Positions 11,956 to 24,800 of a stretch of 64,000 nucleotides of DNA are shown here, piece by piece. Under the pieces are notes generated by a model that searched no databases, had not been told where the DNA came from, and saw only the letters and a program-made list of their open reading frames with translations. The translations under genes were made by a program, and so were the position numbers. This stretch comes from Takakia lepidozioides (lineage: Eukaryota > Plantae > Bryophyta), in the NCBI GenBank assembly GCA_030704615.1, contig CM060732.1:73160001-73224000 (forward strand), written 5' to 3'. Position 1 is the first letter of the stretch. Each line of letters begins with the position of its first letter.

Positions 11956-13669
11956 CGGCTACTGGTGTGGCGCATGGAGACAAAAAAAAACGCCAAGTCC
12001 CAGCCCTCCTCTATATTCACGATTACCCTAATTGGCAACCTTATTAGCAACTTTTTAACTTTTTAACCTTTTGCACTTTGATTCATTCTAGGTCATAGGC
12101 TAAAGTCCTGCTACCAGACTTGTTTAGAAAACCAAAACACCACGTAGACAAACATTTGATAATGATAATAAAATGTATTACCATTGGGCTGGTTTGAACA
12201 CTTGTTGGTAAATTTAGGTTAGGATTTTTAGGTTAGGATTTTTTCGAAATATTCTGGTTTTTTCTTTGATGTGTGAGATGACAAAGTCCAAGCATGTCAC
12301 ATAAACAAGGAGTTCAACGTAAGGATGATGCAAGTGATTTGTGGCAAAAAGTGTAAATCATGCCTATGCCTATTTGTCCTAGTTGTGTCATAGGTTGCAA
12401 CGGAACGAGGCCACCTTTGAATGGGATCCCCATGCTCATTTCACCAAGGGCATTATAGACTTTATAATGTAGAGATTGAAAATGGGGTGTATTCTTCACT
12501 TGCTAGTAGCCCATTGTGCAGATTTCTAAACATGAACATGAAGTTCATAATCATTTTCCAAGGGCATCATTCTCAAACTCCCCATACACCACAATCAGTG
12601 GAAATAATTGTATGTTCCCATTTCACACAGGTGTGTAACATGCCATGTAAACTAAGCCAACCCCTGCCACGCTCATGGCTGTTTTCACTCTTGCCTGGGG
12701 TGTGGACCACATGTGAGACACCCCATAGTTAGGGCATATTTAGACCCACACCTTGGCTCAGTGTACAGACCCGCGATAAAAGCCGTGGAATGTGCCAGGT
12801 GTGAGATGGCAGAGCTGTGGAAAAAACCGGTTTCTCTTCTAGTGAAATGGATTGAATTGGTGGCATTGCCTGACAAGGCAAGTGAGGGGGCTGCGTATGC
12901 ATTCTTAGATCGAGTGCTTAGCCAATCTGGTGCTCCAGCCGAGGTACTCACAGACCAGGGGAGAGAGTTCTTGGGGGAGTTTCAGGCTTTGTGTGAGCAA
13001 GCCTTGATAGATCACCGCACTACTTCTCGGGATCATCCCAAGGCTGATGGCTTGGCGGAGAGAGTTGTTCAGACAGTCAAGAGAGGTTTGCGCAAGTATG
13101 GTTTGCAGAAGGGACACCTAGGAGATTGGGACCTTCAGCTGCCTTGGCTAGCTATGGGCTATAGGTTCAGCAAACAAGCTTCACTTGCCTCATTCTCACC
13201 TTATTTTCTTCTCTTTGGCCGAGAGCCGGATTTGCCTGCATCTATTCGCAGGGAGACTGCAGTAGTCCTCAACCTTGATGATCCGGATGTGTGGACACAA
13301 GTATGTGCCCAACGGGCAGAGTTGTTCAAGAGAGTCATGCTTATGGATTTTGAGAACCTTGCTATTGCCCAACACCGAGATACATTGAGGTACGCCACTA
13401 TATGTGGAGGGGGATATCGGCCAGGTGTTCGGCGTTTCTATCCTGGGGACTATGTGTATCTGCAGCAGACAACGCCTACAACCTTGGATGTCACAGCAGG
13501 TCGTGTGATTCTAAGAGTCCGGGAGGTGTTGCCTTCAGGAATATTGATTCTGGAGGGTCGAGATGGCATGGTATGGAAGGACCATGTGCGCAATTGTGCG
13601 CCATGTCACCTTCCACATGTGGATGGGAGGATAGATCCCAACCTTGCAGTGGTACCTGCAGGGTTGCGT

Positions 13670-13813
13670 TGCATGCTATGTGGGCATGCTGGTGGTGCCG
13701 CGACCATGTTGATGTGTGACAAATGCTCAAGGGGGTGACACATGGGATGCTTGACGCCGCCACTTGAGGAGGTTCCTACTGGAGAATGGTTGTGTCCACG
13801 ATGCCTTGGATAG
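13670..13813 (+). pseudogene. PHD finger at the integrase C-terminus
   Basis: CMLC..[32 protein letters not shown] (C4HC3); internal TGA at 13736 at the position of a typical W; terminal TAG at 13811-13813. Confidence 0.92.
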
Positions 13814-14076
13814 AGGTAGTGGGGCATGACAGTGGTGAGGTTGACAAGTGATCCAAGGTCTAGCTAACGGGAGTTCAATGCCATGGACACCCAATTGAAG
13901 CCATGGATTGCAGGAAGGCGAGTAACGATGGGGCTACTTTTGCACCCAACCTCTTGATCTATTGCCTTTAGATACTGGGACTTGGGCGATTGATGACCAC
14001 GCGATGATCTTATTGGGATGGGTATTTGTCAGCTATCCGGTGTTAGAGGGACCTAATCACCAGCTAGGGGGGCGAT

Positions 14077-14612
14077 TGTGGTATAGCTTTCTAGGATTGT
14101 GTGCTTAGATTTTGTGGTGGACAATGATGTATGTTGTGGCACGATGCTTAGGTGCACGATAGCTGTCATGGTTTTAGTCATGGTTATCTAGAATTACCTA
14201 CTTCTATAACTAGGACATTTTAGATATTTATATTTATATTTTGTGTATTGGGACTTCATTTGGTCTCACATGCCAAGTGAGGTGTCGAGCCTCACTTGGG
14301 ACATGGGGATAGGTTTTCCCCTTGTGAGGATGGAGGAGGCTCATCTTCTTGTAGTTGAGCCGCCATGAGCCTCTCTCACCTCCATAGCTCTAGGTATTGA
14401 GAGGGAGTGTGGTGAGGGCTTTGTAGGGTGGATTCCCTTAGCAAGGGTGCCCTTGGCTTGACTTAGTTTATGTGATTGAGTGGATTCATGAGTGGAGGGT
14501 TTCTATTATGTTCACTTTCATTATCATTGTGGTATAACTTTCTAGGATTGTGTGCTTAGATTGTGTGGTGGACAACGATGTATGTTGTGGCACGATGCTT
14601 AGGTGCACGACA
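14077..14612 (+). repeat. 3' LTR of the MTase-Gypsy element, with an ~85-bp direct repeat at both ends
   Basis: Follows purine tract AGGGGGG; starts TGTGG, ends GACA; 14077-14161 is nearly identical to 14528-14612. Confidence 0.7.
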
Positions 14613-15700
14613 GCCCCAATCCAAAGGCATCAGGCAAAAAAATGGGCAGGCTGGGACTCCAAGGGGATTAGTAAAGTAGGAGACATTTGGAAACATGGCA
14701 GCCTGCTCTCCAAAGACACAACCACTACCATAGTCGGAAAAATCAGAGCGAACCACAGTTACGATTCCATTATCCAAAGCATCCCACCCCATTGGATTAA
14801 CAATCTCTTGGCAGGACCCTCAAGCCCCTCCTCCAATTACTGGACTCTCGTTATCCTTTCCAACACACTTACTTTTCTCTTTGTGGTTTCCACTACAGAC
14901 CATTCTATGGAAGGTTACTCCTTTCACATTGACGCTAATACCCTCACACTTTCAATCCAAGACAACAACATCCAATCCTTCCCTCGCTATCCATACACCC
15001 CTGTCAGCATCTGTTGTTGGACATCCCCAACCAAAGACACCAACCCGCAACCCCCCCTGAACCAACCTCCTCTAGCATGGTTCGCCTCCCAAAGGTTCGT
15101 ATGGATCCTTACCAGGCCCCTTCCAGAGCTAGACTTCGATCCGCAGGAATGGTCTTGGAAACTAACCCGCACCCCTACCCCATTCTTCACATACACAACT
15201 AAAAAAGGGATATACAGCACTATCGCAAGCCCCTCCCATCCTGGCGAAATGGAACGAAAAGTGGAGTCACTTCGACTTTCACAATGAAAGCTGGGAATTG
15301 ATTTGGAGGATCATTTGGACCAAAGCCAGACTGGCCAAAATGGCGGCATTCTTGTGGCAAATAGCAAACAAAGTTCTGAAGGTTGGTGAATGGCTGGGGT
15401 TTAACGACGCCCTTCTCTGTAAATGTTGTTCAGCACCTATTATGGAATCGCAAGAACATTGTCTTCTTTACTGCCATGCCCCTGCATCGATATGGCCGCA
15501 CATTCACTCTTTCTATGGGCGCTGGAACGGCATACCCTTAATCTCGCTTGGAATTATGCTAAACTATGACAGATCCTCAAAAAGCAGAGTCAATGATTGT
15601 CCAGTCTTTGACACTCTTAGTTGTGCCACCCTCTGGCACTCGTGGAAAGCGAGATGTAATTGCCCTGCAGTCCGTGGTTTCTTTTTCATGTCAGCTGCTA
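14613..15700 (+). mobile_element. LINE (L1/Tx1-like) ORF2 3' remnant with zf-RVT
   Basis: WRIIW..KMAAFLW..CKCC..ESQEHCLLYC..IW..LWHSWKAR; frameshift near 15290. Confidence 0.75.
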
Positions 15701-17921
15701 GTTTGATCCAGGCTCTCTGCCTTCGTCTCTACCTGGGCACATCAAGGCATTATCTGCAGAAGCGTCTCCAACGATCACTGCGAATGGAACAAGCAGCCAC
15801 CGCCCAGCTGGAGCAACATCATTACCATCATCCACCACATCGCCGGAGTTTGACAGGGACATAAACTGGAAGCACGTCAAAGGAGGGCGCCAAACAGTCG
15901 AGGCTCCACTTTCGCTGATGTATGGTAGCTCTGAAGTATGTCCGAGCTGTAATCACTCAATCGCCTCTAGGATACACCCACGTTCTGTGATGCAGCTACT
16001 CTTCAATAAATCCCCAGACGTTTTGCCCTGGGGATGCTTTGATAATTACAAAGCAATTATTAGTAAGGTTCTCTTTACTCGATCAGAGTAGTATGGTTCG
16101 TTTATACTCGACCAAGAGTAGGAAAGATCGTAATTCACTGACATCGGTGTGTGTGCCTTATGGTGTTCCCGAGGGTTTAATTTTTTCCCTCCAAATAATT
16201 CCAAATAAAGTAATAACAGGGCCACTGGCCCCTGTTCATTAATATATATATAAATATATATATATATACACAATTTGTTCCCGGGCAGCTTAAGATATGA
16301 TCATGATGACATGGCGACGATTTTCAAGAATCACTTTTTCTTTTTGCAGTCTGGGCAGCTTTAAAAATTTGATGATGATATACATGAAACGTGGACCATG
16401 ATGTGACAACCAAATGTGGCGACCATGACATGGCACTACACTAAAACTGCTCTACACTAAAACTAGTCTCCCACCTTCAGTCGTCACTAGAACTTCGCCA
16501 GGGCCGTTAACTCTGATACTTATAGCTGAATAACAATATTAGCTATCGACCAGTGTTAATGGTCTGGTATTTTGAATTGGAAATACCAGAAGGGTCCTGG
16601 TATGCACTGCTGAATTTTTTTTAAGTAGGTAGGTTTTCCAATAATGCAGCCCCTGATTTTTTCAAGTATGAATTTGGTATGCATAGAGTGGTTTAAAAAA
16701 AAAATTCAATCCGGATATGAGCAATGGTATCTGAATGTCAATAACCTAGAAATATGAACTCGGACATGGTATTAAAATAAAATAAAATAAAAATGGTACT
16801 ACTATTCAAATTCACAATCAATATTGAAATGGCAATTTGAACAGTTATTCAAGAAAACCACAAGGAAACCTGCTCATCTCATAAGATACCAACCCCCATA
16901 TTAACCCCATATTAACATGATACCCGAACATACATGCAGCAACGAGTCGAGCTTTGGTAGGGGGCGGGGGAAGGAGAACCCTAACTGCCACCTGTTAGGG
17001 TTTGGGGGGCTGCCAGGGAACTCGAGAACCTTCTGGGGGTACTACAAATGTTTACGGGGAACAGAGAACAGTAGGTTAGGTTAGGAGAGACCCGGGTTGA
17101 TGCCTGGCGAAACCCGGATACCATACCAACACTATTGTCGACCTAGGTGTGTGATTTCATGCTGTAGGAATGTTTTGAACTCAATAGCCCGGAATATGTT
17201 AGTTCCTTTGGAATGAGGACATAATTATTAATTGGTATCATTTTTTATGCATCCATACACTTTATTGAGGTTGGGTAGCGTGTGAGCACACGAACAAAGG
17301 CATATTTTGCATATTCCTCAAGAATCCGGAGAATGCGATAGCCAAACCAAAATGTGCTCACGCGAAAAGAATACGAAATTATTTGAAAACCGTGCTCATG
17401 TGACAAAACTTATGGAATTAATCGTCCAAAGCTTAACTCGCGTTAGCACAAACACCCAAAAATGTGCCATAACTCAAAGTCAGCGAACGTAAACAATGTG
17501 GCACTTGGTAAAACATTGTGTAGAGAACATCCCCAAGAACCACCCAAAAAATGGGTTTCGCTGGAGAAACTTGGATTTTCGCCAACGAAATTGGGGTTAT
17601 TTTTTATTTGTAGGTTCCTTCTATATGTTTAAAATTATTCTTACACACCATGTAGACCGTGTTAACGCACAAAGATCCTATGTCAGTCTATATATGTATT
17701 TCCGCAGGCATACATATCACCCCATATCCATAACCGTGGATCCTGCTATCACGCGCGCACGCTGTGTTCACGCCATACCAATCCCCCATTTGATTAGCCC
17801 ATTGTCCAGAAAATTGGTGCAGACGTTAGACTGTGAGACTGTGACTCTTATGATCGATATACCTCGCTTCTGTGTGCAAATGAATATCGCTCCATATTTC
17901 GAGTTGTGCCCAGTTCCGCCT

Positions 17922-20900
17922 TCAACTAATTATTGACATCAAACAGGAGGGAGGCTTGAGGATATCGGCTGCAGTCCACCCGTATGCGTTTCTGCAGAAG
18001 GATTGCGCAGACCAGCCTGAGCCACTATAAGTAATGTTGATATCCGACATTCCAATGTTCGTGCATGCCACAGAGTCGCTGCATGCAAAATCTACGCCAA
18101 CGAGAGTCGATGAAGATCCAGCAATGCCGGAATATATGATATTGCTGACTTGTACTGCTCGTGCCTACGCAACAATCCACCAACATACGATGTAGACTGT
18201 TTGGAAGTCAAGCCCCTCTCATTTACTACAATGGCTGTACATAGTGGAGGAAGAGAAAAATCGTGTAGCAAATCTGAGATGCATTAATGAAGAACACCCA
18301 CCTCGTTGCTGTACTGTCGGCAACACAAAATTTCAGTAAGTTAATCGTCACTAAGCAGAGATATTTACTCATTTTAATTCAGTGATAGCGGGTGTGTGTG
18401 CACAGTTATTATTCTTGCACCAGGGACAAGTGGCCAGCCAAACATTGTACAAACCACTGGTTTTGCAGCAGACACGATACTGTTAGTATGTACCTCAATT
18501 CGATATCAGGGCTCGCTCGATCTATTCTAATATAATTTTGAAGGTTCAGCTCCTCAGTATGAGCTAATTGTCAAACCACCATTGGCAATCTCATGTTCAC
18601 TTTAACAATCGCTGGCTCGACAATCAACATTTGTGAATCAAGGATTCCGCAACTTGTGGGCACTAGAAAGTATATTGGAGAGACTAGCTTGCAGGTAAAG
18701 GAAGGACGTGCAGAAAACACTGCAAGTTATCAGATACTTTGCATACTAGTTTAAGAAACAGATTCAACGCGGATCTCACAATCCAAAAGAAATCGTTTAC
18801 ATTGGCAGTGCAGTTGGTGTATCCATTGCAGTAGTATTGGTCGATGACTATGGGATTCTCCACACGATTCAAACTTATGTTTCGGAAAGATACTCCTGTC
18901 ACAAACCCAGATCCTCCCTAGAAACATTTCAACCCAACAGATTTTTAATATGGACGACAACATTTTGAATACATGCACGTACTTCCACGTACTTGGACCA
19001 AGGACCTTACTTACAAAAGTGGTCCAGAAACTTGTTCTAAATCATATCTCTCATCATTCAGGATGGGCTGTCTTTACCTCAACACTCACCTCTTGGTAGC
19101 TGCCATTTCACAAAGCAGCTTTGGCACGTCCGAAATCTGAACATTCGCACTAAAATCTCATTTTGGGAAAACTGCAAACATTTTAACTGATAAGTTTACC
19201 TGCCAAGTTTTGATACGTACACCATACATGGTGCGAACAAACCAGACGTTGTGTACAGAAATATTGGACACTGCTGCATATGAGCCGTTTTCTCCAAGGC
19301 CTCCGATGCTGCAGTCCGTGAAATCTCGGACCACATCAGACGAAGTACAAATGTAAGACATTAAAGGGAGGTCACGCATGCTCTGTTTATGGAACTGCTG
19401 AAATTCCTTGTTCAAACTTGTTGATACGTGACAATGTGCATATTTGAGATGTGAGAGAGGGTTGGATCTCGTATCACAATTACCTGATGCCATGTCCAGG
19501 CCCGCATAGAATGTTATGTATGGCCACATCGGAACAGCCCGTCTTAATTGCAATACAATCATCCCCTGAGGTTTATCAACGTATCACATGCAGCTGAACC
19601 GTTATCAAATAGACGCATTTGAAGGACTACTGCACAAATTGAGGGGGAATGGAAAGAAAGTAGGGTCGTAATCAGATCTCCCCTAAGAGTATCCTACGAG
19701 ATATCAGTGTCTATGTGAAATCGTTCAATCCTGAGAGATGCTTTAGACTAGCCTGCAGGCTTAAGTTAGAAGCATGAATCCGGAGGTTAGTCGTACCCGT
19801 AGCAATTTTGATGCTCCTCAACCCAACCTGGTGCGAATTCGCCATATTTATCCCATCTGTATTAGGACTAGTAGCTGAAGCCGAAATGGTAATATTGCTC
19901 ACTCGGAAACAAACACAGGTATCAATCTTCAGATGAATCTGTGGGGCGTTCCTGATGTTGAGGCCATGAATGACGGCGTTGCTGCAAGTAGAAAATCTCA
20001 TCAACTGTAGAATGCGTTGATGAGGCGACTTGTTAGACACGAACTTAAACAAGACGGTCATATTACTTGGGTCGCCTCGCCGACTGCGACGGCAAGAACC
20101 AAAGAAAACATGGTTTGCGCGAGCATCATGAAACGCACGGCCATTTAAGGCTTTCAATATAAGGTCCACAACGCACCCTCAGTAATCGAGCTATTCGTAA
20201 ACACATTCCAACAATGAGGGCTAAGAAAAAGGTTGAGCATATTGACGAAGCCACTCACGTAAGGTCGTGCAATGCTCTTGGAGGCAGACCGCCACCAGGT
20301 TTGACCAGCACCATCAAGTCTGCCCGATCCTTGTAAGGTAACGGACACCGAGAAGAATAATATCCAGTCAGATGGAAGAGGACTAGACCATCTACTTCCG
20401 CAGCTTGGTGCCACTACCTTACCATCAACCTGCACAACAGTTTGAACACTCAAATAATGTTTTAGCCCGGTCACGAGCCACAGGACTTTGAAGGTTACAT
20501 GATCTATACTAGTAAGCTTCTATAACTTCAAGGGATGTGCCCACCTTGGTCACATTTGACGGCGGAAGAGATTATGTGCATTTACTTGAAAAATTCCTAT
20601 CATCGAGCTTCATCTGCAATTAACTGTGCACAAACTTTGTCTCTTCAGTGTCAATTGTTGTATCTAGAGCTCAGAAGTTAAGAAACCAGAGACCAAATTT
20701 CATTTCAAGGTTTTAAGCAGTTCACAAACTTTTGATTTAAGTATTGCGGGCACGGAGGAAGGGAAAGCTCTGAAGATGAATGAATGAGCAGCACGGCTCA
20801 AGAAGCGGAGGTGAACAAGGCATTCGAGATGTGTGGATGGGAACCTGGAAAACTAGGTTGCCTAAGCAAGGACCGGCAAAGGTAATAGCACCAATAAGGA

Positions 20901-21484
20901 AGGTCCCTCCAGCCGGAACCTCCAAAGTGGACGAATAGACTTGACATGAAGCATTCCATGCATTTCGAAAGGCCTGCAGACATGTGCCATAAACCAGGAC
21001 AAGTTTCGAAGTTCAAAGAATGTCGAGACAAGAAGAGTTCGTTGGGCATGTGTGATTTATCTCTGGAACAGTTTGTTGGACCTTTCCCATCAGAAGATCA
21101 TGCGGCAGATGAAGAGAATTTCGGGAGGGTAAAAATGAGGCAGACTTCATGTATTCAGTGGCATGTATGTAGAACATTTTGGATAATTATAACCGCTCTC
21201 AACTCTTGCTTTTATGACCTGAATCTCACCTGAGTGTCATCCGAAACACCGTCGCCTTTTGCTCCATAATCATACACACTGATTTGTCGTGGACCATTGA
21301 CACTGTAATTCCCGAGGTGCGGTTCGGCAGTGTCCTCTGATGTTGCTGGACTGTCCCGATGATCCAGTTCGCCAACATTTGGTGGTAAATGATGGTGGAA
21401 TCCAGACGCATGAACTCTGGTTAGCGTAACTGAGAGCAACAGAGTACATTGAATACAAACTTGAAAGTAGAAACATAACAGCAT
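17922..21484 (-). CDS. Polygalacturonase (GH28), 8 exons
   Basis: Exons 21484-21230, 20973-20845, 20429-20259, 20004-19797, 19565-19484, 19308-19200, 18917-18801, 18164-17922 with GT-AG boundaries; motifs YGAKGDG.DDT, NTDG, GDD, GHG, RIKT; signal-peptide-like start (ATG choice uncertain). Confidence 0.92.
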
Positions 21485-23789
21485 CTTGAGCAAGTGCTCC
21501 AGAAAGTAGATAAAATCAGGGCACAAACAAGAGGATTGAATCGAAGGACACGTCAAAGGAGCAAGTGCGTGACTGGTCTTAAAACTGACACCCCTTTTAG
21601 ACTTTCTTATTCTTGAAAGTGATCATGCGAAACCACAACAAATGCATTGTATAACTTGCAGAGAAGTCCAGGAACCACTTGTGAATCTGAGACTCTGCGT
21701 TCAAGAAACTGTGAAGTGAGAAAGGTGATACATGTGGACAAAAATAGCATGTCAACTCACATGTCTACAACAGTCCAAAGCCCACAGCTTTCTAGAAGTT
21801 CTAACTTCCTTATCAGAAAGTGATTGAAAAGGAGACAAGACAACTACGTTATCCAGAGCAGAGTGAAAGTAGGATGAACATTGAAGACAGAACGAGAGCC
21901 TCCATTAATGGAAAGACCACAGCTTGTTAGCCATCCCATTTTTCTCATGTTTTCTTGAAGCAATGGAGAATCGAAAAGAGTGCAGCGTGGTAGGTAAGCT
22001 GACTGGACATCACAGTTGTGTGGGATCACCAGCCGTAAGACATGTAATCCATCATCGGGTGTTGCAGGCTGACGAGCTCGATCACAATAGTTTCCTCTCG
22101 ACCTAATATCAGAAATTAAAATATCGATGTTACTGGGAGCTAACACCTGGAGACCTCTCGCCATGAACGCAGGTTGAGAGAGCGTGTCGAAACATCATCC
22201 TGTCTGTGAGCTGCGACGAAAGGCGTCCTTTCAGCATCAGACCTCGAAAATCAGCTCGTCACAACGACTATCACGCTATGTAGTAGCAGATTGCGGCCAA
22301 TTGTATACTACTAGATGACGTGACCAGTTACAGTAAATTTGAAAAGCTGGCTGCAAGAAACTCTGCAATATATCAAGTGCTACTATCGGTTGGTGACATT
22401 TTGTACATAGACATACCGTGTATATAGTTCATACTCTTTAGTTCTGACCAGTTGGTAGATCAGATAATATGTATATGTCAGATATGTGGAAGTCATGACT
22501 AGAATCCGTTTGTGCATGACATCTTGAAGCAGCCACTGAGCCACAGCTACAATTTTCAGCTCCCCTGCTTAAATTGTGACTCTTTTATGCGGTTCAGGAG
22601 AGAAGGACGAGCGGAAAGGGCCAGAAATTACGATCAAGTTTGCTTGAGCGCTCGTGTAAAAGGATGAGCTTCAGGGTGACAGGTCGATTGAAGCAAATAC
22701 AAAGGGATGGCCACCTGGCTCCTTTTCGCCTCAGATATTGCCAGGCCTACCTACCACTGGACGCCTGCCAACCATACTAGAATTCTCCGCAGTTCTCTCA
22801 ACAACAATCTCCCTGATCCAAAGCCGACACAAAACAGCTACAGACGGCCTCCTCCTCCTCCGGCCTCTTGTCCAGCTTGCACGTCCTTTCAATACCCTGT
22901 CCTCCTGGTCTTAAGTTCCAATCAGAAATTTTTAGTAGTTACTCTATTCGTGAGCCTCTCTCAGCTCAATGCAAATATCCTACTCCTACCCTGGCCCAAC
23001 CCGACCTGCATTGTACATATCCGCCTCCCCCTGCACAACTCCAAAATCTTGTCTCCACACTTGCTGTTCAAATGCTTCCCCCTTCCAGAACTGTTACAAT
23101 CCCCTCACTCTCCTTCCTCTTTATCCAATATCTAGTTCAGTACCATGGAGTTGAGGAGTCCAAACCTCATCACGAAGTGGAATGTGGACCTATATTAAGA
23201 TACACATTCGGAACATGTTAGTATTGAGGTAGATTATAATGTAAACCATGCTTCAAAAGGTTGCTCGACTTTCCTCGAGTGTCAGTAGGTATGAAAATTC
23301 CTGCAGGGAGAATCGACATACTTGTCGGAAGCTTGCATAAGACATTCCATCATTTTCTCAAGAAATCGAATGTACAATTATACATTCATAAATGCTGGAA
23401 CTTGGAGTTGGCCATGTGCAGAGAGGAACTTTGATTGAGGACTCTGCTTGCACCGTCTGCACCAGCTGACTGCATCATGCTCCTACAACCAACACCTAGG
23501 CTTCATCAATAAACTCTTGGCAGCTTCTCATAAACAGATAACTGCAACACCAACAAGAACACCTGTTCAGCATTTTGACCTGTGTGAAGAGCAAGAGAGG
23601 AATGTCCCCATTCCTGGACAGCCCTTGAGCAAGGATCTTGAGGGTTTCTATCTAGGTATAGACCACAAAACACGTGTACCAAAATTTATACAAATTTATT
23701 TATAGAAAAGAACCAGAGGAATTTAAGCAAGAGCTAGACTACTTTTGATAGCGAAAAAAGTATACCAAGAATAGTTGGGGACCTGGATG

Positions 23790-23885
23790 TCCTGCACTGG
23801 CAGGCTACCTGTACTTCAATAGGATTTCGCATCTTGCTTTCAGTCAGTTTGCAAGTTGTGCAATTGCTAGTCCACGGGTTTTAGA
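23790..23885 (+). pseudogene. Degenerate F-box remnant, tandem copy of the downstream one
   Basis: ctggcaggctacct..gctttcagtcagtttgcaagttgtgcaatt resembles 24133-24195. Confidence 0.45.
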
Positions 23886-24090
23886 GAGAGCCTCGAGAGA
23901 GCATAGCTCCTGTGCAAATTAGTTGCTGCAAGAGAGGTGACTGTACAGTTTGCTGTAAGACTTTAGGTAGTAATATTTGGCATCTTCCTTGTACAAGCAT
24001 ATCATTCTTTTCTTCCCGCCTGGGCAAGCTCTGGTAAGGTAAGGCTTACCTAGAATCACTGCAACAAGAACACAATTAGAGAGATTGAAA

Positions 24091-24800
24091 ATGGATGATC
24101 CAGTACTCCCTTCCGAGGTAATGGAACTAGTGTTGGCCCGTTTGCCATATCGGAGTCTTGTCCGCTTTCAGACAGTTTGCAAGCTGTGCAATTTCCTCCC
24201 ATCTTGCCCGAATTTCCAATAAGCATGTCATCAAGCCCGTCTTGACGCGGAGTCGTACATCCTATTTGTTGGAGAAGATAGCCCGGAGGTGGCCATGTTT
24301 TATGCCGCCACAACGGGTATGTGGCACAAAATCGAACTCAGCTTCCCTAAGGATAATCTTTGTGCGGTGGGACAATACTATGGCCACAAAGTTTGTGCTG
24401 CAGACGGAGGGTTGATTTGCTATGCTAATTATGAACGACTTGGTGACGGATGCTTGTATATCGTGGATTGTGTACAATCCTCTCTCCAAGAGTTTCAGAC
24501 AGTTGCTACAATCCAGCAGATGTGGATATTGTAAAATTGGTTGTCGATAGATGCACCAGGTTTTACAAAGTCATCGTGACATCAAGCGATGTGGATCACG
24601 TCTGGAGAACATATGTCTATGACTCAATCTCCGAGCGCTGGACCGAGACTGGAAATTTGTTTGTAGATCATGATCATTCTCTCGCACAGGCCGGAGAAAG
24701 TGTGGTTTGTGGCCGTTTTCTCTACGCTGACTTTCTGTTTTAGACAAACAGGACAGAATTGGGTCCACCAGTTGATGGCTTATGACATTGTCACAAGGTG
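24091..24800 (+). pseudogene. F-box (F-box/kelch-like) pseudogene
   Basis: LPSEVMELVLARLPYRSLVRFQTVCKLCN then TAA at 24220; later VCAADGGLIC and YKVIV..TYVYDSISERW in different frames. Confidence 0.8.

Larger units (their letters stand above)
4922..12844. mobile_element. Non-autonomous CACTA (Pack-CACTA-like) DNA transposon carrying PPR gene fragments
   Basis: TIRs CACTAGAAGAGAAACCGG(C/T)TTTTTCCAC at 4922-4949 and 12817-12844 (27/28 match); 3-bp TSD AAA (4919-4921 and 12845-12847); removing it restores integrase ..EHFSK|WIELVALP..; subterminal CCAC/GTGG-rich repeats; no recognisable transposase ORF. Confidence 0.95.
1..14612 (+). mobile_element. Ty3/Gypsy LTR retrotransposon (decayed; 5' end upstream of window) with gag-PR-C5 MTase-RT-RH-INT-PHD, interrupted by a CACTA insertion at 4922-12844
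   Basis: CCHC knuckle CWDCGGPHVKKDC (~72-110); protease VLLDSGA (~733-753) and DVLVG; RT LDLRSGYHQ/LPFGLKNAP/YIDD (3002-3787); RNase H TDWS..YASCS..YEGECLA..DHQPL..NRDADGLSR; integrase HHCC (HEELGH..CMVC) and core TDQGREF/DGLAER (12845 onward); purine tract at 14066-14072 then LTR. Gypsy domain order, many stops and frameshifts. Confidence 0.93.

Noticed and set aside
16030-16240. Possible organellar insertion or Helitron 3' hairpin (AACAGGGCCA-C-TGGCCCCTGTT)
   Set aside because: No identifiable organellar gene, and no CTRR terminus after the hairpin.
22707-23221. Pro-rich ORFs as a gene
   Set aside because: No recognisable motif or splice structure; likely a decayed repeat.
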